Assembly (NCBI RefSeq): GCF_964204645.1
Contig: NC_134034.1
Span: 13,281,062 to 13,345,061 of the forward strand
Direction: 5' to 3'
Length of the DNA stretch: 64,000 nt
Source of the DNA: Tubulanus polymorphus
Taxonomy: Eukaryota; Animalia; Nemertea
Shown: positions 35,901 through 50,700 of the stretch, piece by piece
How the letters are laid out: every line of letters begins with the position of its first letter
Numbering within the stretch: position 1 is the stretch's first letter
The notes under the pieces: generated by a model
What the model saw: the letters and a program-made list of their open reading frames with translations, nothing else
The model's database searches: none
Told to the model about the DNA's origin: nothing
Position numbers and translations under genes: made by a program

Positions 35901-38900
35901 CTTGCATCATCGGCGTCCGTCGCCTTCATCGTCACAAGACGATCGTTTTTCTCACTTTCTTCGCTCGTATTTTCGTCGGATGTTAATTCGTCGATCGATT
36001 GCTTCGATGGCGATTTCTCCGACTTCGTTAAACGCGTTAATCTGGTCATCGCTCGGCCTCGGACCGAAACGTCGTCGTCGCCGGGCTTCTCCGTCGATTC
36101 GGCTGCATCTACTTTCGTAATTTTAGACGCTTCGTTGCCATTACGCGGCGACCGTCTCAACACTTCCGTCTGCTCACCGCGTTCCTTCGTCCCATGACAT
36201 TTCCGTTTTTGTTTCCTTTCTACGGAGTCGCTATTCTCCGGCGTTCCCGACATTTTCGACGAGAATTTCCGACCATCTCGAGTATCGTCATCGGCCGCGA
36301 CCGACTGACTGGACCTAGTTTCACGAGGAGGCGGCGACGAAGCAAAAGTCGAAGCGATCGATTTTCTCGTCGTTTTTCGCGGCGGTGACAATAAAACTCG
36401 CGTCGGTTCGTCGATTCCAGATTCCGAATTCTGCAAAGCGTGGCGCCCTCTAGTAACGCGCAACGGAGAAACGACAGCCGAAAAAAGTTCGGCATCGTCA
36501 GGCGATTCAAAGTCCGCGACGTCATCCATTTTTTGATGCAATCGCGTACGCCTCGCCGGAGACACAAATCTCTCCGGAGTTCTGCCGATTGCCCCTCCAA
36601 CAATCTGCGATTTAATCGGGCTATGAAACGACGCCGACGCATCGATGGTCTTCGTCGCCGCCGCCGCTCGTCTGCGCCGTGTCGGCGACAACAGATCGTC
36701 GAGCGAGCCAACAAACGACAGATCGGCTCCGTGCGAACGCGTGCACCGCGGCGGGGAAACAACAGCGGCGCCACCTATCAGCGACGAATCAGACTTCTCT
36801 GTCGACTTCCGAGAATTAGCCTTATTTCCAACATTTTCCAAATCTTTCCGCTCATTTTTGTCATTCGCAACAACATTTTCGACCGGGTTTTCCCCAGGCA
36901 GCGTCAGTGGCGTCTGCGACAATTCAGTTCGTGTCGTATTCACGTGCAATTTTTTACCGCGTCGAGCCCGCGGAGATTTCAATACCGTATCCGGGGGCAA
37001 CTCGGGTAACGTTTTTAATTTGATCGGTAAACTTCGTCCGATTTCTAGAAAGTCCAACTTGTTCTCGGCTTGCCTGTCGTCGACGACCGCGGTCGTCGAA
37101 TTCGAATCGTCGTCCGCAGATTTTCGCTTTTCGATTCCGCAAAGTTTTCCCATCGAACGCGTCAGCGGAGAAATCAACTCTCCGACTTCATCATCGTCTT
37201 CATCATTCTCACCGACTTCATCATCATCTTCATCATTCTCACCCACATTCTGGCCGACGGAATTCTTTACATCTTTCTCACGATCACAATTACGGACCGG
37301 AGGATTCATCACTTGCTCGGTACTCTCCTCGCGGACATCAGTGCGGCGTATCTTCCTTGTCGACTCGGAACGTAAATACGGAGTCGATCGTTGACCAGTC
37401 GGCGACTCATCAACCGTTTCGCCATCTTTGACATTGTTAATGCCTTTGATCTCGACCGTCCGAACCGGCGATTCTTCAACCGGTGATTCATCAACTAGTG
37501 ATTCATCAACTGGTGATTCTTCATCTGGTGATTGCTTGACAATTTCGTTGGTTTCCATCGAGACTTTTTCTAGGACATCAACTTCAATTTCTTTCCTCGC
37601 TTCAACAGTTTTCGGACTGCGGTTACTTTCCCCGATATTGTCCACGTAACTATCGACAATTCCTGTCGCGTCTTGCCGACTTTTTATCGACCTTCCTTTA
37701 GTCTCATCCGTCTCAATTGTCGTCGCCGCATCCTGTGGACTTTTTAACGACCTTCTTTTAGCATCGTCCATCTCATCCGTCATCGCCACAATTTGAGGAC
37801 TTTTTAACGACCGTCGTTTAGCGCCGGCGGTCTCGATCACCATCGCGGCATCGGCGTTTAATCGTGGACTACGCCTGGAATCACGGCGAACAGAACGGGC
37901 GTCGAATTGTTTCTCGGATTCAACTCCGGACCGCGGCCGATCAGGCTCGACTGCGGTGGGGGGTATCTTGGTCGACAAACGCGGACTGGATCGCGGCGGC
38001 GAAAACAACAACGCTTTCGACGCCCGTCGTTTTTTGTGAACGTCTTGCGAACGTCTGCCATCTTTCGCGACGATGTTCACGTCTTTTGCCGCCAAAACGT
38101 TCGCGACCGAATTGTCATCGTTCTCGGGCGAAAATATCAAATTCTCGAACAGCGAACGAGTCATCTTCTTCGGCGTACAAACCTTCGCGTGGCAGACATT
38201 AGTTTCTACCGTAACGTCGGCGGTGGCGCCATCGCCGATCGGCTTTTTCTCATTTTCGGCTGCCGCGGCGACGGCGGTTTTCGACGATAGTTTTCGCGGA
38301 CTCGATCTCGTCGGTAAATTCGCGCCGAGCAGCTTCGAGTTTTTCAACAACACGTCTCGATTCGTCGACGTCGTTTCGCCAGGTGGCGCTCGAACTTGCG
38401 ACAATCTCAGCGGCGAAAGCGCGTTGTTCTGGTTGTGGTTGTTGGTTTTCACATTTTTTCGCGGTGAAGATCGGACTCCGATTCGACCGACGTTGGCGCT
38501 CACCGGCGCTGACTGAGACCTACAACAAATGAAAAATGTTAGGCCCTATTTGAAGAATCATCGCAAAATTTCCCGCTCATTTCTCACATTTGAGGATAAC
38601 TCGTGATGGAATGGTTCCAAATGCAGTGATTTGGATATTCTTGGAGCCACCCGTCAGAGAATGGAATGACTAAGAAAGCTGTGATTTGGATATTCTTGGA
38701 GCCACCCATTAGAGAATGGAATGGCTAAGAAAGCTGTGATTTGGATATTCTTGGAGCAACCAATTCATGAAACCGAGAAAACCATACTTCGGGAGATATT
38801 GTTTTGTTGCCTATTTCATCATGAATTTAAGATTCCAAAGTTTTTCCCAAGTATTTCATGGGTGATTTTTCAATTTTCCCAAATGGAAATGAACAGATAT

Positions 38901-41900
38901 TGTCATACTAGTCAACATTTTAGTGGTGACTGGTTGATTAAAAGGTGATTCCCGAGGAATATCGCAAAATGTAAATAAATTTTCCAAATATTTCCATAAA
39001 TTTTTCAAATTCCCAAATATTTCCAAACTGAGAATTATTATTTCAAAATTCCCAAGTTTTTCCCAATTTCCCTGTTCTGTGGGAACCATGCCTCAGAAAT
39101 ATCTCGACTGAAATTCGATTTCGATTGGTTTTGATACCGGACCGAAAGATGAACTTACTCGACAGTGACGATGTAATTGAGGAATTGTTGTAAATCTCGT
39201 CCCTTGTTGATCAATTTGTCGAGGCTCTCGTAGTTTTTATTACGATACGCGAATTCCCGATGCTGGCGCTCTTTGACGTGCTGTGAATAAACATTTGAGA
39301 AAAAAAAAAACGGTTTTCAAATTAAGCTCAGCTTTTCTGCATATCTGAACCTTTAAAAGTTAGGGAATTATAGAGATTGGAATATTTTTATTGTCAAGGA
39401 TCGCACCTGACATGATCACTGGTACCACAAGTGACACACAGAGGGGGGGGGGTTCCCTGATTTTACCTGAGTGAATCAGAGAATTTTCTAAGTTTAAAAT
39501 GTAACCGGTAATATTCATTCATTTTTCAGTGAATCACATACTGAGAAACAGTCACATGGTCGATACAATTATAATCTGAATTCCCTGATGAGTTTTCAAA
39601 GGGTTTTGGTAAAATTTGTCAGATTAGTTTAATAAAACCTTGCTTTCAAATACGTAAGACATAGACGGAAACTGTTTGTTCTACATGAAAAAGCAAGACC
39701 AGATGAATAAAATAAAACAAATTTGATGAAGATATCTCTTCTAGTTTTTATTTTATGAATCTCTGATGAACGCAGAAATCCTGGCAAAGTGCAGCATTTC
39801 CTGAAAAATAGGCCTGGCAGGCAAAGAGTTAAGTACAGAAAATTCCGACTTTTCTCCGATTCCTAGCTAAGTGGCGCCACCCTGTATCAGTCTCCGTGGT
39901 CGAGTACGCGCAGTATGACGAGTAATAACAGGTACAAACCGTAGCGAGATTTTCGTAGCACCGTCGACACAGTTCGCAGTATTTCTGATGTTTCGCAGCT
40001 TCGACGACCGGTTTCTTCGTTTTCGTCGTGTTTTTCAATCTCGGATGCTGCCGCTGTTTCGTCGATATCGCGCTGATGTTGTCGCTGTGCGTTTTAGACA
40101 ACGTTCTGCAGAGAATAGAAATAGCCGTGCATTTATTTGCGCATTCATCACAACAGTAGACTCTACTGCGCTCGGTCAGCTTTGGAATCAGGTGGAGATG
40201 AATATTGAAATGTTGGGAGTTTTTTTATTTTCAAAACAAATCCAACGCTACCGAGTTCCCTGATTCCAAATATTTACAGCAGTCCCAACGCTACCGAGTT
40301 CCCTGATTCCAAATATTTACAGCAGTCCCAACACGCTACCGAGTTCCCTGATTCCAAATATTTACAGCAGTCCCAACGCTACCGAGTTCCCTGATTCCAA
40401 ATATTTACAGCAGTCCCAACACGCTACCGAGTTCCCTGATTCCAAATATTTACAGCAGTCCCAACGCTACCGAGTTCCCTGATTCCAAATATTTACAGCA
40501 GTCCCAACGCTACCGAGTTCCCTGGGGTCAGTTTTACAGACCGGTATTATTTTCATCCCAAGGGCTAACCCAATCGATAATGAATTAAGTTAGCCCCCGG
40601 ATTAAAGATAATACCAGTCTATAAAACCGGGCCCTGATTCTCAACTTAACTTGTAGTAATTGTCAGTCACCAAAAATGAGAGTCAGTTGATACAAAAAAT
40701 AGTAGTTTAACCGAAAATGAACTAGAAATTATAATCTGATTTCAAGAGCGTGTTTCGAAATATTCTGATTTTGAGAGTACAGTGAATTTGATGTTTTTGG
40801 GATAAATAGAAGCTACTCTCAAATAGTTAAAAATCTCAAATGTCATAAGTGGATCTATTCTTACCCGGGCGTATCTTCCGTTGTGTCGCACAACGCTTTC
40901 TGTTCGACGTTCGACGCCGACGGTTTCTGATCGAGATTCTCGTCGTCTTCGCCGCGTCGCCCGCGGATACCGTCGAACGGACACGAGCCGGCCGGCGTCT
41001 TCGTGTCGATCGCCGGGAACTTACTCAAGTGTAACCACTCGGCGCGTTGATGCCGCGTCATCGGCTCGAACTTGATGAACGGCGCCACAATCGTTTTTAC
41101 TGCAAGCAAGAGAATAATAATAATAACAATAATAGGACAGTGAATTATCAATATCAATATCAATATTACAATATCAATATTAATAATAATAATTTTGTAC
41201 AAACATGTGAAAAACTGGTCGAATCGACCAAAAACATGATAATAATAATCATAATCATAAGAATAATAATAATAATAATATTTGTCTTATATAGCGCTAA
41301 ATCCAGCCGGGCTGCTCAGAACGCTTTACATTTTTCAATATTATTACCCCGGCCAATTTTATACTCTAACATGTATCAGTCATCTTTCCCTGGGGAGAAG
41401 TAACACCGAGCTGCTTACAAACGCTCAGGAGTCATCTATCAGGCCAGTTACCCATTTACTCCTGGGTGGAGAGAGGCGATGAGGATAAGTGTCTTGCCCG
41501 AGGACAGCAATGTACGCACGACCTGGCTTCCCAGAGCCGAACGCTCTAACCACTCGGCCACCACCACTCCTCCTAGAGAAAACTTCAGGGTTCATGATGT
41601 GCAATCTCATTGAATGACTTTCAAGGAATATTTTGATCCCGGTTCCGGACTTGTAATGTCAGGAATCAGCCAGGAATCCTGAAATCTACATTTTCCAGCA
41701 TTCTTTATAATCGGTAGATTTTAAGAGCTGTTCCAGTGAGCTTGTATCAGGCCAGATGATAACTAATGACCGATGCTATTCAAGGACCGTGACAACGATT
41801 TAAGGACCTTAGAGCCCATTTCACAATACTCGAGGCCTTGAATTGACCTATTGCCATTTCAAATGTTATATGGACCTTGAGCGCAACCTATCATACTGTC

Positions 41901-44153
41901 CGGAAAAACTCTGACTCAGACAGGGTTAACTGTTTACTAGCAGAAAAGATTGTTTGATATAGCAGAAAACTTGAGAGCTATATCCGCGCAGAATGGCTTG
42001 GATTCATTTCACAAAATATCTAGCATTGTCCAAGGCTCTGAATTGATGCCTGCATTTTTTTTTATTTGTCGAATTACCTTTCGCGACCTTTTGAGTTTTC
42101 AGCTGGTCAGAACTCTGTAAAACAAACCACGTACAGAATCAATTATAAAATTCTTAAAATAATTGACTACATTTCATTGAAGAATGTGTTGCAATACCTG
42201 CTGTTTTTTCGCGTCCAACTTTATCCGATAAGAATCCGGCATGAAACCCATGTGTTTTTTCAACCAAACTCGAACACCTACAAAAAATAGCTGACAAATG
42301 AAAATCAAAAAAATATGTTTCAGTCTTAAATAGGTCAGTCACCTGGATATAAGGAGAAAATTTCAATTCTATCCTAATATCCTGTTTATCTCAGTAAACC
42401 ATTAACTAATTTGGTGGTTTTGTGAGCAAGATTTTCATCCTATACGCTACCTAACGCCTAATTGGGTAAAAAAACAAATCCAAATGATTGTTTAAATGCC
42501 CACTCGCCCCAAGTAGAATCCTCGATTGCCACAGCAGCGGCAGAGGACGAGGTCGCGCAATTCACGCTGATGTCATAGGGGGAATTAACACTTACCGTCG
42601 ACGTGTTTGATCTTTAATCCTAAACTACGAGCGCTCTGTATAAGATTCAGATCGCTGTTTGTAGCTCGAGTCCGGCGTACCGACTCCACCAAAGCTTTGC
42701 CCCGAGACAGCTGAAATTCAAACAACACATTTTATCAAACCGGGAGGTTATCGAGATGATAGGGGGGATTTTTATGGGTGTTCCGAAATGTCTCGAGGCA
42801 ATTCAATGATTGACCACAAAGACCCGACAACTTCTAACTTTGTTATCTTGACGGACCGAAGTTGTAAACTAGCCCCGTAATTTTTCCAACTTTCAGATCT
42901 TTACAGGGATTTTACCGCTGTTAAGTTGCTATGACAGGCACGGTGAGTGCCATCGAACACAATTCATGGCGAATCAACACCATTTCCACGAGAGAAATCA
43001 ATTCTGTTTTCTGTGTGAATTCAGGTCACCCCGGTGATGATAACTTACGAGTGAAGCAGCCGCTGCTGATCCGGCGGAGTCATTGTTCTGAGATATATCG
43101 CCCCCGGCCGCGGCAGACGCATTGTCGGGCGCCGTCTGCAAACACGGACTGAACACGTCTTTACCGCTGTCGGGACGAGAACACCGATAATCTTCGATCG
43201 AACCGACGTTCGTAATCAGACAACTTATTCCTTTACCGAAAAACGTACTGAGTTTCTATAGAAACGAGAAACAAAGGGAAAAGGAATGAAACGCACGCAT
43301 TGTGTAGCGATAAGACCGAAAAACAATAGTTAGCAATTTTTTGTACAAAAAAAATAGCACTTTTCCACCCTTAACCCTTTCAGTGCATCTACACCGCAGT
43401 GCAGTGTATAAATCAGTGATAGATTTGCTAGTACACCGCACTGCGGTGTATTGATGTCATTAGTAAAATGGCACAGAATAATGGCAGCATCATTAGTCAA
43501 ACATAGTGAAATACTCTATTTGTCGTTAGTTGTTTGATTGGCTATAGAACTAATACGGTCTCAAGCCGGTCTTAAGTCTAAGCGAGACTACGCAACCGGC
43601 CCCTGAACCAAGAGAATTATCAATTTGTTTTTCCAAAAGGGAGCACAATGTAAAAGGTAGCACTTTTTCGCACCAGCCTGAATAACGCGATGAATACTTA
43701 CGCCACCTAAATCTTCTATTTGACTCAAGATGAGCGTTTTGTCGGTTACCGGAGGCTTATTGACGAAATGTACGTAGAACGTTTGTCCCGTCAACGGTGG
43801 TTTATATAACGAATCACCGGCGCCTCGTCGATCCGACAGTTTACGAGGACTTCGCCCTGCAAAAACAGAGAAAACATTCTTAACTTTTCTTCATTTTTTT
43901 TTTGTTAATTCTTAAGAGAATTATCTTTCCAATTCAAAATTCAAAGGGTTGCACAAAAACCGCGTTCACAATCACACTACGTTCAGTCTTAAATTTGGCC
44001 CGTTTTATCCTAGAACGGACTGATTACTTTTCATTCGAAACTTTTCTTTGCAGGGAAAAGTTTTTCGAAATTTCACCAAAAAAAATTTCGCGTAAAAAAT
44101 TTTTTTATTAGTTTTTCTCGTCACTTACTTCTTTCAAAATTATCGTCATCCAT
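32975..44153 (-). CDS. DBF4: DBF4/ASK/Chiffon-type Cdc7 kinase activator, ~2228 aa
   Basis: Exons 44153-44129, 43856-43702, 43255-43049, 42710-42596, 42277-42198, 42114-42078, 41099-40865, 40105-39940, 39280-39159, 38519-32975, all phase-consistent. Motif N (PLTGQTFYV..IEDLGG|KLSTFFGKGISCLIT..SRGKAL), motif M (APFIKFE..SCPF), motif C zinc finger (YCELC-x9-H-x5-H). Confidence 0.9.
38625..38760. repeat. Short tandem repeat, ~56-bp unit, ~2.5 copies
   Basis: gtgatttggatattcttggagccacc..agagaatggaatg.ctaagaaagct. Confidence 0.8.
40525..40633. mobile_element. 109-bp PIF/Harbinger-like MITE inserted into the minisatellite
   Basis: TIR gggtcagttttacagaccggtattat / ataataccagtctataaaaccgggcc; 3-bp TSD ctg splits the satellite unit gagttccctgattctcaact. 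Confidence 0.85.
41265..41570 (-). mobile_element. tRNA-derived SINE with CORE/V-like central domain and (ATT)n tail
   Basis: Minus strand: A box tggccgagtgg; central gtcctcgggcaagacactt..ctctccacccaggagtaaatgggta; 3' end gcgctatataaga then (att)n. Confidence 0.75.
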
Positions 44154-45775
44154 CTCCTAGATTCGATTTGAATCCGACAACTGTTCCGAAATTAGTGACC
44201 ACCCATTTTTTCATGCCTCTTCGTAATCGACATTTTCATCGGCCGTGTTTTGCAAATCTATAAATAAAGACACATTCAACGTTTAGATCGCGATAAGGTG
44301 GATATTTGGCCTGAAATGACCTGTGATTGGCTGAGTATGGAGGTCAGATGATGTCACTAGTGTGATGCACTGAAATGTCGTTGGTTTATACCCTGTTGTA
44401 ATTGTTTATGTTAAGGTGTTAAGAGGTGATGGCAGTTCTATTCATAACTGTATAAGACACATACAGTGGTTTAAGTGAGTATTCCTACACAGTCTAGATT
44501 CATTGTATGTCTAGCAGTAACACAAGAACTTTGCAATGGAGCCCTAATTATGTGTCTATTACCTGCAGTTGTAGATAGATAAATATATAAAATGGATGAA
44601 TAATTCGGTTTATTTGCAATAGCGATACAAAAATTACTGATGATTTGTACAATTTATTGATCATTTGCAAATATGAATTTTAAATGAGACAATATTCTAG
44701 GTTTTAAAAGAATTAACACGGGATGCCGCGGCCTCCAACAGTAATCTATGACGCTTTGGCTGTCCGAGTCGGATTAGCCCAAATTCAAGCCCTGGGCCTG
44801 AATCAGGCCGGGGTTTCGGGGTGTGGCAGTCTCGATACCAACAAGTTTTAGAATCCCTGCCAGGGGGGGGTTTAATTAGGGATCAAAACCGTGCACAAGG
44901 GAAATATCATTTAACACAGTGCCTTCTGGATTGTCTGTGTAGCTGGGCCCTTCCGAATCCTTCTCATCCAAAATTCAAACAACCACAACATCAGATGCTT
45001 CAACTGGTAGTTTTGTTATGCTGTAGGCCCGACTTGTTTTATTTCCAATGCAATGCCTAAATATTGGTTCTACACGTGTGTCATCTATCGATGCCCGAAT
45101 CTAAACCCCGTAAAAAAACCATCTTTGCATTCACCGATTTTCAAATAAAACACGAAAATTTGAAAACCCGGAAGTAAAAAAAAAACCGTTCAAAAAAGCT
45201 TCAGAATATCGCCTCGAAAATTGACATATTTTACAGAAGAATCGAATTGAACAGCGTTCGCGGATTCAGATTCCCGAGAAATACAGACGACATACCGATT
45301 CGATGGGAATCTGGCGCGGGTTCTCGGACCAGTTTTAGTCGAAAATTTCGCTTATTCTAACACAGCAGCCATGTTTCTCTTTGCCGCGGTACACACTAAA
45401 TTACGGAGGCGGACGCGGACTAGATTTGATGAAGCCGTCCGTTCCCGGGCTCGCGGTGGCTTAGGGGCGAACCGGTGCCGGGGTGGAATTAAAGGGTCAC
45501 TGAATTTATAGTAACCGTCAATAAGGACCGTTATTGTAAACCGTTTCATTCGCAATGATTGATTGCCACAATAGCTGTGTGGGTACCCCATTCAGAAGTA
45601 GCCCCCGCGGGACTCGCGGCGGACCCACTTTTGTGCTCTGTGCAAATGTAACTTTTTGTGGAGCAAAAACCAGGCGTAAATGGTTAATTGTTAATTGCAG
45701 AATGTTCGCATAACGTGAGACTATCTCTGCTCCTCGCCGCTGGACAACCACACCATACGGGCGACACAGCCCAAA

Positions 45776-46759
45776 TCAGGTTCGAATCCACGATTCCACT
45801 ATGCGCATCAGTTCTCCACGAAATGACTTCAAATTCGCGATATATATGAAAAAATTTACAGAACTATTCGTGATCATTAAAACGCCCCCAATAAGGTGTA
45901 AATATTGCTGTGTTCGAATCGACAACTGTCCCAGTTCGGCACTAGAAAAGTAAATCAAATTGACTATTGTATTCGGGGCGTTCAATAGAAAAAAGGCTAC
46001 GATTATGCAAATGAGATTGCGCACGCATCTGCGTTCCTGTTCGGAAGTGTTCGTGTTTTTGAACTGGACATCTCGTCTGGCGAACTGAGTGGCGATCAAA
46101 ACCGTCGAAAATATCAAACCGATCCAAGGAATGATAGTCATCGTCGTGTAAGAATAGATTATGATTATCTTTCCTATGAATTCTGAAACGTTTGTTTGTA
46201 TGCAGTTTTTTAGGTTATGTCCGATGATTTTCACGTGGAAAGTCATGAACAAGGCGCTTTCCGTTACGGCGTAGTAAACAACAACCGATATGATAAGATT
46301 CCGGCGTCGAACCCGGGTCACCAGCCTCCCGATGCGCAAAGGAACCACTACTGCCATACTGCGTTCCGCGGCAAAACACAAAAGAATCCACGAAGAACTT
46401 TTGATAGCGAAATTGACGAGCACCATTCCCAATCGACAGATCTCATCGCTAGCAGTGTAAAATGCGTAGCGACCATGAGCCTCGGTGCCGGCCACGATAT
46501 GTATCCGTTCCAGAGACTTCAACGAAAATGTGATGACAAAAATTGTATCGGAGAAAGCTAGCGGTACCAGATACTGGAAGGTGCACGCGTCTAACGTGCG
46601 TCGCAGGCGGAACAAAACGACTGTAGACAGTAAACCACCCGTAACACCGGTCGCCATCCAGAAATAGATGTAAATATTGAACGTGTACCAAACGGCGGTC
46701 TTCCACCTACGAGGAAGAAACGTGACCCGTAACGATACATTCGGTCGTGTTTCTTCCAT
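45776..46759 (-). CDS. Intronless class A GPCR (orphan)
   Basis: 327-aa ORF with 7 TM segments; LAFSD, AERSMAVVVPL, TM5 IIPW, NSSVNFFIY; N-terminal NVS sequon. Confidence 0.9.
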   Translation of the reverse strand: MEETRPNVSLRVTFLPRRWKTAVWYTFNIYIYFWMATGVTGGLLSTVVLFRLRRTLDACTFQYLVPLAFSDTIFVITFSLKSLERIHIVAGTEAHGRYAFYTASDEICRLGMVLVNFAIKSSSWILLCFAAERSMAVVVPLRIGRLVTRVRRRNLIISVVVYYAVTESALFMTFHVKIIGHNLKNCIQTNVSEFIGKIIIIYSYTTMTIIPWIGLIFSTVLIATQFARRDVQFKNTNTSEQERRCVRNLICIIVAFFLLNAPNTIVNLIYFSSAELGQLSIRTQQYLHLIGGVLMITNSSVNFFIYIANLKSFRGELMRIVESWIRT

Positions 46760-47733
46760 TATGTCATCTTCCAGAGTCTCATGCTATTCCGGGAATATCA
46801 GAGCGTACGTAGCTGTTTTACAGGAACATTTGACGAAGATTAGTTTCGGAACGTCAACGGTGTCTGCCGGTAACGTCATGCTGGGATGACGTTACTGTTG
46901 TTATGGGTACATCCAAAAATGAGTTTATTCTTCGGTTCCATCTGCGCTCTCCTACTTATAGCATCCATCATCTTTCCTTAGCAAACTAATTATTTCCCCC
47001 CAAAAATAGGCGCTATTAAAGATGATCTCTTCATCGTGCTGCCGCCTACTTCGGTTTCCGATTAGTTAGCAATTCTAAAAATACCAATCCAATTAGTTAT
47101 CAATCCAGATTACTTTTCGAGCAGAGTGCGCGGAGTCTGTGCATTAAAAACAACCAGCTTATGCATCAACAAATTGAAAGATTAAGTTATATAAATACAT
47201 ACAAACTCTCCCTTACTCGAGCGTAAGGACTAACTGCAAATATTGCATCAAGTTGACGCGGGGCCCGACGACTGAAAATTGATGGTTTCGGCAAATTGAT
47301 TTTAGGAAGGAAGTACCTACCCAATGTTTATATGCATTTCTTCCACACTATGTCGAAGGCATTATTCAGCGAAACAGATTAACTTATTTATTTGAACTAA
47401 TGAAAATATTTTTTCTTTCGCTGTTCCGATACCTGATTTGCCCAGTAAACAGCATTGTCCGCCTGTAATCTTTCAAGGGAAATGAAATAAAGCAGCAATC
47501 ATGAAAATAACCGAATTCTATGAAGTATTGATGAACTCTATTGTGCTCCGATTATGTTTTAAATTTACATTAGTAATTGCGAGTTGTGCCCTAGTACACC
47601 AGTGGATGCGCGACACCAATTAGCGAGAGTTACTTCGCAAACATGAATCATTAACCAGATGAAATGATATCACAAGTTGATTCCGTGTCAGGGCTCACTC
47701 CTCGTTTAATCGTAGATTTTTCGAAAGATCATC

Positions 47734-50700
47734 ATGAAACCATTGATCATCGCATTAATATTGACAATTTCGTATTTCGACGCCGATGCCGAACAAAGTA
47801 AGTAGCTTATTGTGTTTTTGTTTCTATTATATAAACGTAATAATTATCTGAATAATTCGCCGGACGGTTTCAAATTTCGCCAGCCCAGCGCCCTTCTTGC
47901 CCTATTGATTGTTTTGATCCGCTATCAAAATCCAATACGGCAATACAGAATCAGTCTGTCATGTAGAATCATAGAAAATAGGATCAAAACCCACTTTACA
48001 CAAAGAATTTATTGTTTCAAAAATATATTTCTTCATAGAAATTTTGATTTTTGATGCATATAGGCTGCGTATTGCTTGCCAAAAGTGACAGAATGATTTA
48101 ATTCTTATGCACGTTGCTCGCTAACAGTCACAGATTATCCCAGGTGAATATCATCACACCAACAACACGGAGAATTCGAAATTTTTGAAATCGATCGAAG
48201 TTCTTAAACGTAAGAATATTGCAGTATTTTGCTGTGAAATCAAATTTGAGGGATTTTTTTTTACCGACGGGAAATACTTTCCGGGGGATTTCTACCTATA
48301 GGGGAATATTTACCGTGGGATTTGGTCGGGGGATTATAACCTGTTATCATCTAGCACAGATTACCTGCAAGTTGTATTAAAAATGCCATCGGAACTGATG
48401 TTGTCTAGAGGCCTATTTCACATTGTCTCGCTACTATAAATCATCCGTAGGACCTTTTAAATCGATCGAACAAAGTGCTGATAAAAAGTTTTGTCATCAA
48501 AACTTTCCATCAAGCAATTCCCAGATTGAAACCATCTACCAAATGAAAAAGGACGTTAATCAGTGGCGCGCGTGTGACTCGAAATTATTAGTTGATTGTA
48601 TCGGTTTTTCATGATTTCGTCGGAACGATTTTCTGGTGAACGTTGTATCGGGATGGTCTGCCCGACGAACACGACGCAGGGAAACACGGACAGAGGATAC
48701 GGAGACATGTTTTCTAAAGTGTGCCCGTGTCGTGTGCGTTTACGAGGGAGACGAGAAACACGGTTTCGGGAAACATTGTTTCTGAGATCCGTGTTTAGGT
48801 ATTTCCATGTTTCCCTTTTTTCCTTGCATTCCGTGCACTGGGCTTAACGGTCGGGCCTACTTCCATCAAGTAGATTATTGAATCATTAATCATTATGCAA
48901 TATACACTTTTGGCCAAAATGGCCGTCGTCTCTACTAACTTTTTAAAATGAGTTTGATATCAACTCGATTTTATCGATATATCTGCTCATAAAAACAATT
49001 TTTATCGCAATTTACCCCTGATGCCAAAATAACAAAAACAATTCAATCTACATTAATCAAAAAAAATATCATATCGTTAACAGCAGGTTTCCCGTTGTAT
49101 TGTGATTTTGAGAATGGACTTTGTAACTTCACTCGGGTTGTGTCGGGTCGTCTTACGATCAACGACAACAATTCAACGAGCAAAACCTGGTCCACACACG
49201 ATCACACATTCGCGCCAAAAGGTATCGTATAATTCTCATTCGACACAAACTATTACTTTGTAAATAGATTTTTAGCGTGAGATAAAATGCAAGAGAACTT
49301 GTTAGAATGATAAGTAAAAACAAAATTGGAGATGATAGAATAGCCCGTACACTCTAACGCCCTAGCCACAATTCGATACAAGAACCATACAACGCGATCT
49401 CTCTCGTTCAGAATTCCATGGAAGCTTCCAGATCATCATCATTGATGGGAAATCCCTTGGTCCGGTAATCAAACTTTTTATCTTATCGTCATTTATGAAA
49501 TAGAATGCAAATGGAAGGACGCCACCGATTTGTTTACCGGATCGAACTACTACAAAACGACATCCGGTCGAATGTGTCAAAATTGGGCGAGTTTGAAACC
49601 GCACTCACCGTCTATTCCTGGTGACTGGTCAGATTCGAATATTCAAGATCTGCAGAATTACTGCCGAGAGGTTGATAAGAATTACACGTGGTGTTACACG
49701 ACTGATAAGCGAAAAATCTGGGAGGCTTGTGACGAGGTTCCATTATGCGCTGTTACAAACGGTAAATATTAAACCCCGACTGACTGAAGAACATTGATGA
49801 CGGGACATGTTTTCCGCCCCGTCTAGATTTTCATCTTCACACTTTACTTGTCGATGCTGTAGCCATGGAATTAGAAATGGTTCGCAAGAAACTTTAAAAC
49901 ATTTCCGAGATTCGCCCGAAAATGTCTTCAGAAAGGTTGAATGTTTTAGGCAAACGCCTGCCTTCTTGTTGCGAAGGGCAAAAATTTCTGGTTGTTTTAA
50001 TCGGAATATTAAGTGTACTCAAACGCATTGAAATTAGCTTTCAGCCTTTTTCGTCTTTATCCCCACGACATTTGCCGTTTTGGTCAGATTACGGAGCCAT
50101 CCTTCATATAACCTTCGTTACTGGCCTGCTTTTATGACGAAATTTTGATTACATTCGTACAGGTCATTATCTGCTGGCTGATTTAGCAGGATACAGTAGT
50201 CTGGAACTACACAACGAGTTCGATACGGACATCTGTATTGGACTGTGGTATAAAACAAAGACGACTAAAAGGAAGGTGTTCAACGTTACCTTAGAGTTCG
50301 GTGCCGATTCTGAACCGATCACAGTTCACTCTGAGTATAGCACCTCGAAACGGTGGACTTACTCCGAAATAGACGTCACCAATACGGCATCTCGGAAATT
50401 CTCGGTAATTCATCGATTCTTCAAGTTCATTTCATATCTGCGAGCACCGACCTATACTGGAAACAAACCCATTGGAATGGAATTAGTATCCAATGTCCCC
50501 GCTAGATGACGTGCGTATCGATAGGACAAACCGACCAAAATCTAGTTAATTTTCGATTAACTTTTATGTAAATTCAAAGCCCACATCCAACATTGGTAAA
50601 ATCGTGTATCTATGAACTCTTATAAGTCTTTAGGGATCATACATAGTGCGATATAGATACAGATTTAATTGAACCTCCAAACGTAGAGTCCTCATTGAAT

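Noticed and set aside
33225-38516. Many overlapping antisense and alternate-frame ORFs
   Set aside because: Shadows of the GC-rich DBF4 terminal exon.
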